From: Pelomyxa schiedti
Taxonomy: Eukaryota; Protista; Evosea
NCBI GenBank assembly: GCA_020536535.1
Contig: JAHLWZ010000987.1
Location: 1 to 32,961 of the forward strand
DNA: 32,961 nt
Reading direction: 5' to 3'
Numbering within the stretch: position 1 is the first letter of the stretch; the number at the start of each line of letters is the position of its first letter. Below the pieces are notes generated by a model, which did not search any database, was not told the DNA's origin, and was given only the letters and a program-made list of their open reading frames with translations. Positions 9,829 through 19,484 of the stretch are shown here, piece after piece. The translations under genes and the position numbers were made by a program.

Positions 9829-10571
9829 ATGTCGTGGGACCAGCACGTGACACGGCGTACCGAAAATGAACTGGTGATAAAGGCAACAGGAAAGTCAATC
9901 ACAATAGTATGTCCCACAAGTTGTTACATGGTTTTTAGTGTTGTTGTTTGCTTGTTTTTGTACTTTTTGGTTTTGGTTTTGAATGGGCGGCGGTTATTGA
10001 AGAGGGTCTGAGGAGCGAGAATATTATTAGGAAAAGGAGGAGTCACCAATTTGGGGACATACTGCTGGTCAATTGGCACACAATTGGGCTCAATTGAGAT
10101 TCGGCAAGTTGCTGCTCAAGTGGTCTGATGTGTGCACTGAATCAGCAATTGCTTATTACTGGTATACATCGATTGTTGTGGCAATTTCGCGTCTATATCC
10201 CACATTTCATTTTTGTTTCACCATCGTATCTGAGTTTGCTTTAATACACTAATTATGCAGTGTAACTCATGTCATTAAAACAGTGATATTGGAACAGAGT
10301 TCTCGCATACACTGGAGTTAATTGACGAAGCAACTGGCGTAACAAAGGAGATATCAGTATCAGTTACAAACATGAGAGATGCCACAAAGAGCAGTGAGAA
10401 GAAGTACCCAGAAAACATGCAACATTGGCTTGATGCTGTTCTTGGTGGAATGGGTATTCTCTTTCCTTATCGTGATATTATTTTCTCATTTGGGCAATAG
10501 GAGTACCGGCCACCATAGAAAATTGGCAAGACTTTGCTAAACACTTTTCTCTTGCAAATTGGACAATTTGA
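9829..10571 (+). CDS. Hypothetical protein (about 155 aa, 4 exons)
   Basis: GT-AG splicing gives a continuous frame MSWDQHVTRR...EKEESPIWGHTAGQLAHNW...DIGTEFSHTLELIDE...GVPATIENWQDFAKHFSLANWTI*. No family recognised. Confidence 0.55.
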
Positions 10572-10623
10572 GGTTTTTAATTCCAAAATGTCTTTTTTTG
10601 TGTGTGTTTAAGGAATCGATTAT

Positions 10624-11637
10624 CTATGGTGTGCATTTTTTTGCAGCAAACAGAGAATCAACAAAAGATGTGGTTTGTTGGTTTGCACTAACAGGATCGT
10701 GGGTATCCAGCATTGTTTGCAACCAAAAATTTGCTGCTTCAATGGCACAGTTCTGGGCAAGGGCAAGGTGTTGCTGGGCCTGTGCAAAAGATGTAGCACC
10801 ATAGTTGTCCCATTTCACCATTTCCGACTTGTAAGCAACGTTTGCTACAATTGCCTGTGAGCAGGTTAGGTGTTTTCAGTATGCCAGGGTTCAAACTGGA
10901 GATTCTAGCCGGCATTGGTTGTCAAATTCGTCAGCAGAGTCTTTTGCTTGTGTATAATTCAAGGGAATGAAGGAGGTGTCGTAGTTCGAATAAAATTCAG
11001 AGGCTGCAGCAACAAAGGTGTAAACTGGATCACCATAGTCTTGGAGGAGGCGGAAGTCAAAACCATTGGTGCTCTTTGTAAGATAAGTGTCAACTGCCTA
11101 TACTTAGTATGAAGTATCAAGCCTATAACAAAAAACCAGCAAATTCCAGCTCATGGTCATATTCAGGAGTGAGGTAGCCGTCGGAATGGTGCCCAACCAT
11201 ATCTTCACAAAGGTGCCCACCTGTGGCAGGTGTAGGTGACGAATGGTAACACAAAAGCCAATACCATAACCAACAGAAAAGTTGTAGGTATCAAAAGAGG
11301 CAGAAGTGCAACTTGAATTAACCAAAACGCACAACAACTGATATCCAGCATATACCAGGCCGTGCATAGTAGAACGAAGCCCCTTGAATGCATCGGGAGC
11401 AGAACTATAGATAAAAAGAGATTACGGGCAAAAAAAAAAAAAAAAGTACTGGGACGGAGAAATATGGTAAAAAGGGGGTCTGAAAAACCTGCCCAAAACA
11501 AGAGGCCCATTTTGTAGCCCTTCGTCAGATGCGTAAGATCCAAATACTTGGTGAGTGTACGGACCCCAGCACTCAACAAATGCACATCCGCAAATGACAA
11601 CCAAAGTAGCCGCAGCGAGGAAAGAAAAAGATCCCAT
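10624..11637 (-). CDS. Secreted zinc-dependent phospholipase C / S1-P1-like protein (multi-exon)
   Basis: Signal peptide, then WGPYTH, LG-SSAPD, H, and GGHLCEDMVGH, the metal-ligand pattern of the Zn-PLC fold. Confidence 0.7.
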
Positions 11638-11970
11638 TGTGATTTGTTGCGTTATTGGACTAATAGGTTTTCGTTCTGTTCATCACGTTGATTGCGATAA
11701 CGGTTCGCCCGGAACTTTTGGTGTTCAAACGAGATCACCTTGATTTCTTTGCTGTTGATTAATATTCCTCACTCAGAAGCAACGCAAGACCAATCAAGTG
11801 CGCTCATGTCCAAAGCAGAAAAACCCTGGACCAATTGGTACCCGCAGCCTCCAACCCCATTCTCCCCGAAGAACAACGAAATAGGAATCGAGAAAAACCA
11901 AAGCAAATCTCAAGGGGAAAACCATCAAGCCCTCGAACGAGCGTTACTCTCGTGGTAGTGGTGGAAAACT

Positions 11971-14900
11971 ATGCCCGGAAAGAGACGTCGCAACAACGTA
12001 AGGGACGCACCGAAAGCGCCTTTCTCCAGCGGCGACGGCTTCCAGAAGGTTCGCGGCGGCAGATCTCACTACAACAACGCCAACCTCAACAAGAAAAAGC
12101 CTGCCTCCTCGTCTTCGGCAGCGTCGTCGTCGTCGGCGGCGGCGGCCGCTGTGGCGAGCCAAAAAGCCGCGGTGCAGCAGTATCGCCAGCAACGCGAGCA
12201 ACAGCCGACGCAGGAGCAACTGCAGCAGCGCGAAATGGAGAAATTCTGGATGGGTGTGAATGTGCAGACGCAGGGTGACGTCACCACCGAGCTACTTGTC
12301 AAATGCTTCAACTTGTCCCCCTGCCCTGGTTGGTTTTTATTTCTTCCTGCCAAAACCTATATCAGAGGGGGTTTCGCTATTTTAAATTACTGTTAGGAGA
12401 TGTATATTTAAGCACTTCACACTTCATTAATCAATGGGGAAACAGGAAAGCACACACTGTGTGAGGGAAGACCATTATGCCTTGCATCTGTGGGAACTAG
12501 TTTCAGTAAAGATGCTGACACAGCATTCACCAAAAAGCTTGAAGCTGAAGATCCTGCATCTAATCTCCGCACCAAATATGCTGGCCTTGTGGTAATTTTG
12601 CTCTGTGGGAGTTCACACCAGTAACTGAACTGTCCTCTTTCAGAATATGGGAGCAACCTGCTATTTGAACAGTTCCCTACAGGCACTGTTCCACTTGAAC
12701 TTGTTTAGACATGTTGTATATCAATGGAGTGAGGATTTGCAGGTAATCTCCGAATTGTACGATTTGTCTATGGTGCAGCAACAAACAAATCGCAGGAACC
12801 CCCAGGAGCTCCCCCAGAGCTTTCTATCATTGCTCTGGAGCTTCAAAAGCTTTTTTGTTCAATGCAGCACTCTCTTCATGCTGTTGAGGCACCTGGGAAT
12901 TTTGTTCGTGCCCTTGCTCTTACTCCATCAATTCAACAGGATCCTGATGAGTTGTAAACTTTTATTGTTGCCTCCCCTAATAGGCACATAGGTTTCTTAA
13001 ATTATTCATGGCGTGCCTGGATAAATGTTTCCGGTACAGCTTGAATCCCAGTGTAAAGAATCTCATCGCTTCACATTTTGAAGTATGCAAGGGAGAGTGA
13101 TATGAGCTTACCACTTGCTAGGGTAAGTTGACAAGTGTTACCAAGTGTAAAGTGTGCTCTACTCAATCTGAAAAAAATGATGTTTTCCTGGCACTTGGGT
13201 GCAACGTGAAGGTAAAAGCGGGTTCTCTTTTCCGAGACATTAACTCATTGGGAGTAGGGTTCCTCGTCCTTGGAAGAATGTTTGTTGTCGTACCTGCAAG
13301 AGGAAACACTCACTGGGGACAATAAATATCCTTTATTTTTAAAGCATCTTTCCCAGCGTTTTTTCTTAACAGTAAAACATATTTCTGTGATAACTGTGCC
13401 CAGCTGCAAGATGCTACCCGCAGTATATACCTTAAGGAGCTTCCTTCAGTACGTTACATTACCCAAGGTTCTTCAACTCTAAAATGGTTCCTGTTTAGGT
13501 TCTTATAATTCACTTAATGCGATTTGTTGTTGAAGTTGGAGCAAGTGGCTACACCAAAAAAAAATTACGAAACCCTGTACAATTTCCTTTGAGACTTGAT
13601 ATGGAACGATACACAAGTGAGAAGCATCCCTGCAGTTCTTATCGGCTGTGTGCCATTGTTCTCCACAAGGGTCCTTCTGCAAATGGAGGTCACTATGTGT
13701 GCAATGTTCAGCCAGAGGGGTAAGCACCTTCGCTATGACGCTCGTTTTTCAAAAAGAAAAAGGCAGGACAACTGGTTCGAATTTGACGACACTGTTGTCT
13801 CCTCCAAACCCAATGTAACTGACCTGACCGCTGCCGGGGAAGATAGCGTGAAGCAGGCAGGAGCAGGGTACCAATTTTCCGTTTTCTCCTTTTCTTTAAA
13901 TATATTACTTAGCAAAGTGAGTTCTACTGGAGCATATCTACTTTTTTATTGCCGTGAAGATAGAGAAGCTGTCAAAGATCCCGTTGCTCCAGCAAGGTTT
14001 TCCATCAATTCTTCCCTCCCATTTTCTTAGAAGAACAGATGGGAACAGTTGGTTGAACAATCAAACCAAGACTATCTTCAGGAAATTGAGAAATACACGA
14101 AGCATAAAGAAGAGGCAACATCTGTGCGTGAAATTCAGAAAGAGTTGTATGCCTCAATTTTCTCTATGTCGAAAGCTCTTCAACCTGTATGTGCAAGTTA
14201 TTAGGCAAGTACTAAAACATCAAAAGGATGCGTCATGTTTTTGGGTTAGCAAATCTTGGCTAAAGCAATGGATTACCTCTGATAAACATACAACGTCAAT
14301 CGACAATAGCGATATTGTTTGCCCTCATGGGAAAGTATCTCCAGCAAAAGTGTCACAGATGAAATTAATTCCACAGGTTTTTTCCCTTGTATGTTTAGTT
14401 CCCTGACCAATTTTCTCCTCGTGCTTAGTGTGCCTGGAACGCAATATTTTCTCACTTCGGGGGGGGCCCCACATTACCATTTGAGCCTTGCTTCGAGTGC
14501 CTGAAAACGTTTTGTACAGGTTTCTACAACAATATCCACAAAGTTATTTAACTGGGTCCTCAAGAGAAACATGACAATGCTACCTTCGAGCACCTTCGGC
14601 AGGAACAGATCGCCCAAATCAGGGGACTTCAAAATAAGTCTTTGAATCCCTCTGATTGTGTGTGGGTAGCAAAACAATGGCTTCAAGGCAAGAATCATTG
14701 TACTAATTCTATTTATTTAGAATCATATTAGATTGGTGCAAGCCGGAAAGAACAACGGAATTACCCCAGGATATCAACTTGGCACTCGTCTGTAAGCACA
14801 AACACATTGCTCCAGAAGCGAAAAAGCAGTTGATTCCAATTGCAGTATTTTCTTTTTGTAAGGAGTGAATTACTTAACTTTCTAGATTTGGTCCTATCTT

Positions 14901-16417
14901 CAAGTATTATTCCCAGAGTCGACCCTTTTTCCGGGAGAGGTTAGGAACTTCTTTTGTGGCAATTTAATAACTGTTGTTTGATTAGGAGTCAGTTTGCCCA
15001 GAGTGTCCTGTGGAAGAAGATGCAATGCAAGAATGGCGAAAAGCGCTAAAGGAAGAGAAAAGAGCATGTAGAAAACTCCTGTGGAATGCCCTTGGAGGCA
15101 CCAACACCCTGTCTTGCATTGATGAAGTGACAAAGCCTGGAAAACTCTTGTTGGTAATGCGTCTACATTTTCCCACCTTCGTCAATGAACGTTTGAAGGT
15201 ATCCAAACAATGGGCCCAGATATGGGTATCCTGGGTATCTGGCGAGGTCTTGGATGAGCCTCCTTCAATAAATAACAAGTACCGCAACTACCCACTACCT
15301 TGCATCCCTAAATAACATACACACAAGAGATCTGCTTTGCGAGCACAATCTCCTTTTATATGACCCTTCTGCAGAAGACTGTGCCCTATTAGTGACAGCA
15401 GAAAATTGGAGGCACATCGTGGACAAGTCTGCTCTCCTTTTCTGCGGTACTTTACACTGAAATTTTCTAGATATGGCAATCCAACAACAGTGGAAGTCGC
15501 CCAAGTGACTGTAAACACTGCTAGGACATATCAACCAAATGTTTGCTCTGTGTGCAGGAAAGCCCGGCTCGAAAGAGAGGCAACTCAAAGGTTCTGTTAA
15601 TAGTTAGAGATCCTTTTGATGCGTTAATCCACAACAGAAAGCAGTTTGTGGATCAAGACTTCTGTATTGAATATAAACGGTAACAACATCAAACAATAAT
15701 GAACAAGTTTTAACATTCATTAGAACTGGCAAAAAAAAAAAAGGTTAAGGGAGTGCTTTACCAAAATAAAATTAAAATGAAAAGGGAAAAACCCAAAAAT
15801 AACCATTTCTGGAATTGCGTATACAACGACAATACAAGAAGTGAAGCTCAACATCTTTCAGGTGTTCCTCATTGAAATATTTACATTTAGTTGCCAAAAC
15901 TGATCTATTAACTCAACTTTGTTGTGTGCAAATTCCAGTAGGTAAGGGAAGATTTACCCCCAGCACATCAGCACCTTTTTACCGATAATGATATTCCTCT
16001 GGAAAATGACTACAGCACCCTTAGTTCCTACGGTATTACAGCAGACAGCACTTTATACCTTCGTACGAGCACGGAAACACTGGAAAGTGTCGATGGTAAT
16101 TTGATACACTCGTGCCTCTTTCTTTTTTTTTTTTTTTTTTGATTCTAACACACTTTCCAGAATTACCTACTAGCCACGCAAAGGAGACCGGATTTGAAGG
16201 TAGTGTGTTCCACTGCATGGAAGAAAGAGCCTGCCTACGAGCCAGCAGCCCCACAACAACAACAACAGCCACAACATCAACCTCACTCACAACGTCCTCA
16301 TCATGTGAGGATGAGGGTGATAATGAAGTAGACCATGAATCGGGTGATGACAGTGCCATTGACGAGGAACCCAACGACGAGAACGAGTTCCACCAAGAAG
16401 AAGGGGAAGACACATGA
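11971..16417 (+). CDS. USP48: Ubiquitin-specific protease USP48/UBP26-like (USP + DUSP + UBL, multi-exon)
   Basis: Cys box GLVNMGATCYLNSSLQ, His box LHKGPSANGGHY, WFEFDD, DUSP repeats (WVSKSWLKQW...IVCPHG), C-terminal UBL and ETGFEGS motif. Confidence 0.9.
13326..13378 (+). other. U12-type AT-AC intron in the USP48 gene
   Basis: Donor ATATCCTTT, branch site TTTCTTAAC (13362-13370), acceptor AC. Removal restores GDNKYFCDNC. Confidence 0.9.
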
Positions 16418-16516
16418 AGGGGTAGTAAAAGAGTAGAGACTAAAATATATTTTCCACAGTTTGTGTTTGGTTTTTGGGTGCACCATATTCTGTTGCACTA
16501 TTCCGTGCCTGTTGCT

Positions 16517-17435
16517 TCAGTCATGGGGTGGTGTGTTGCCTGAGTGGATTATAACAGTTGGTTGTTGGTTATCGCTGTGGTTGTCTAGTTCCACCTCAGG
16601 GAAACTGGTGTGCTTTGGAAGTGAATGCACTGGGAACAGAGGCAGTGCTTCTGTATTTAAAGTGAGAAGTCTTGTACCGTGGATAGGTATTACCTGACAC
16701 TTCAGCGATGGCTATGTAAATCGCTAATAACCCAACACCAATGCCTTCAATGCCCCCGATGATTTGAATCACTTTTGCTCCCTTCTCCAGGCTATTTGAG
16801 GATGATTAAAATAATAAATAGTTTCATGAATATATACCCTCCGGCAGAGAGTGCATCTGAAATTCCCAGTAAAACAAATAAGATTACAAGAGTGCCGAAT
16901 AGACTACGTAGCATCCAGTTCAAACGAAGCTTAATTGTGCCAAAGAACATTCCAGCAGAAAACAAGCCCCACATAAACAGGTACGCAGAAACGCTACCCT
17001 ATTGGCAATCAGAATGTAAACAAGGTTATGATTGTAATAAGCACTCACAGCATCGAGAGGAAGTGCCATCCCAAGATCGGGAAGGAAGTGCATAAAACAA
17101 AAAGAGATCCAAAATGAACCATATGCAGTGAATGCAACCATTGGGAATGTATTGCCCTTTACAAATTCGAGAGTGCCAGCAATTAACTGCAATTTACATT
17201 TAAAAACCTACAAAGTGGGCATGCATCGTCACACCTGAGCAAAGCCACCAAAGAAAAGGCCCATTCCGAAAATCATACCAAGACTCGACTCGCCGAGTAT
17301 GTGAGCATTCCTTCAAGGGGAAAAAACCAAATGAGTTGTAGTGACAGAAGAGAAAGCAACAAACTTGAGGTTGAGTAAAGTTGTTGTTAGCCCGAAAGCA
17401 GACAGTCCCAACGGTCCTGCATTACCCAGCGGCAT
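16517..17435 (-). CDS. GPR1/FUN34/YaaH (SatP/AceTr) acetate channel (multi-exon)
   Basis: GNAGPLGLSAFGLTT, FFGGFAQLIAG..EFVKGNTF, AFTAYGSFW and several hydrophobic helices. Confidence 0.92.
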
Positions 17436-17655
17436 GGTTTCGTCCCTTTCAACTAGTATTTCGTTTTTTTTTCTACTTTTTTTTTTCCCTGTTGTCGCTG
17501 GGGAAATTATATGTGGATGTAAAGAAGATTCCGAGATAGCATCAGTGAAGAATTTTGCGGAAGAGGAGGTGGAATCAAACACGGAGTATCAAGCTTAATC
17601 AAACTGTGGCACATCCCTGAACATTCTTGAAAGTTCAATTTTTCCCTGGTTGGCC

Positions 17656-17664
17656 AACCATAAT
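17656..17664 (+). promoter_or_regulatory. DUSE-like element AACCATAAT of the U1 gene
   Basis: One mismatch to WCCCAYAA. Starts 63 nt upstream of U1 +1, matching the known Dictyostelium DUSE spacing. Confidence 0.7.
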
Positions 17665-17718
17665 TCCGTTTGCCCGGGGGCCGTATTCCCAGCGCGAAGT
17701 GTAAGATGTGTTCCTTTC

Positions 17719-17878
17719 ATACATACCTGACTGCGCACACCCTTGATCACCAAGGACGGGTGTGCTGTGGTGACTCCCGACTTGCACTCCTCGGCGGTCG
17801 CTGCATGAATTTCCGAAAGGAAAGCTCAGCAGTGTAATTTTTGTTTCGCTGGGAGCCGGCGCTCTGCGCTACTCCCTG
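17719..17878 (+). ncRNA. U1: U1 snRNA with variant 5' end AUACAUACCUG
   Basis: Helix H ACTGC/GCAGT. SL1 GCACACCC/GGGTGTGC with loop GATCACCAAG (U1-70K site). SL2 loop CTTGCACTCC (U1A site). SL3 TTTCC-GAAA-GGAAA. Sm site AATTTTTG. SL4 GGGAG...CTCCC. Confidence 0.95.
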
Positions 17879-17970
17879 AAAAGATGAAAAACAATGGCTT
17901 GGGATCCCTCTGGCAAGGGATCTCTTCATCTGAATCAAACGAAACTAAGTAGGGGCGTAACAGCGAAGAA

Positions 17971-19118
17971 ATGAGTTGCGTAGAGGCACCCACAATTACT
18001 GAGGTGGCGAGAGGTTGGGGAGTAATAGTTACATTGAAAAACCTCTTGCAGTCGAGGCACGGGTATGTTATTCATTTCCGGTCTCCTCTAAAGTAAACAG
18101 AGACTCTCGCGGGGAATTGTTTTCGGTTTGTGTGTTTGGAATCGGCCTTTCCGGTGGATTCTCACCTGAATTTGCTGAGGTTTCGTGTGCCCTAAGGGCT
18201 TATTCCTGTAAGTGTGAGCAGGGCTCATGCAACTGCGACCACAATTGTGCCAATAAGGTACCGTGTGAGCTGCATGTTGTGGATATCTGTGAGGAAGCAC
18301 TTCGAAAAGTGTCAGCCTCAACAGTGCAGTACTGGCCACCACACCCCTCATTTATGTACAATATGCCAGAGAAACGCATGTCAGTTGTGCAGCTGGTCAT
18401 GGATTGTTCAACAGCGGTAGCATGTGAAGCTGTCAGTGCAATGCCGTTGGAACACGAAGAAAGTACTCAAGTGACACCACAACCATGTGATATACCTCCC
18501 CCTCCACCTCCGACTCCACCTAAAAGCCCCCTGAAGAGCTTGATGGGAAATGACATTGGCAGTACCACATGGAGAATTCGTGAAATCCACTTCCCAGAGT
18601 GCAAGTTGGGAATTCCGCGAGTCGAGAATCTTATCGGAGAAGCTGCAACGACTGTATGTCCCATTGGCAGGCACGTATCATGCAAATGCTGTGCCATTGT
18701 GACTCACTTGACAGACTTTTCCTCAGTCGTGATGCAGCCATCATCTTTTGACTGCATTATTGCCATGCACTCATTGCTTTACCTCTTCAATCCCAAGGCG
18801 TATGGTGCAACAATACTCAGCACAACCAGCTCCCACAATTGTGAAATGCCCAAGTCAGCTCGCCGCTCCTACTGCGCGGCACTGGCGAGGGCTCTAAAGC
18901 CCACTGGCGGGGCATTAGCCATCAGCTCAGAGACTTACTATATGCTCACGGATGTAGAACACCTTGGTGAGATTGGGGTGTCCAAGCCACCGCTGGCCTC
19001 CAGCCATCAAGTGTCATTATGGGAAGGCCACTGGCCACCTGGTGAATGGGTGCTACTTCGAGAGCCCCACAGTTCCTCGGTCTGGGAAACTTATGTATTT
19101 TGCCGTCACCCTGCCTGA
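17971..19118 (+). CDS. Class I SAM-dependent methyltransferase-like protein, CheR-like motifs
   Basis: One short intron after MSCVEAPTITEVAR. Motifs VCVFGIG, LHVVDICEEAL, FDCIIAMHSLLYL and ALKPTGGALAISSE. Confidence 0.65.
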
Positions 19119-19291
19119 AGTTGTTCTTGAAGAGACATAACATAAGAAAAAAAAAAGTGACCACTCTCAATGTTGCCACCTTCATTGTCCCGCTCATAAT
19201 CCGGAGTTGGAGGTGCAGTGAAGCTTTGCTACTTGGGGAGATGCCGCCCGAGCAGGATTGTTCCAAGAGAGGTTGTGTGCCAATTAGACAT

Positions 19292-19470
19292 ATTTCCACC
19301 TGCTTCAGTTTGGATTACGGGATGGAGGCGCTGGTGCCTTAATCTAAAATCGCCGGTGAAGCTGATTTGCTGGCGATGGATTCTGTTGTTCACCTTGTAA
19401 TTCACAACTGAAGGAAGATCGGTTTTTGATGATGCATGATGGCACCGGGAAATTGTCAGTCCATCTATTT
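19292..19470 (+). ncRNA. Candidate structured intergenic RNA (long hairpin)
   Basis: 19303-19326 pairs with 19389-19413. Inner hairpin ATCGCCGGTGAA-GCTGA-TTTGCTGGCGAT. Then GGTTTTTGA and a GAAA-capped hairpin. Confidence 0.4.
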
Positions 19471-19484
19471 TTCTGTTTATTACG

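Noticed and set aside
17883-17931. Hairpin downstream of U1 as a C/D snoRNA or SECIS
   Set aside because: No proper RTGATGA box and no SECIS quartet geometry. At most a 3'-flanking structure.
17988-17995. DUSE match ACCCACAA
   Set aside because: Inside the first coding exon of the methyltransferase, with no RNA features downstream.
19201-19440. SRP RNA, U4 or U3 identity
   Set aside because: Only short resemblances. No SRP helix-8 motif, no U4 k-turn or stem I, and no correctly ordered U3 boxes.
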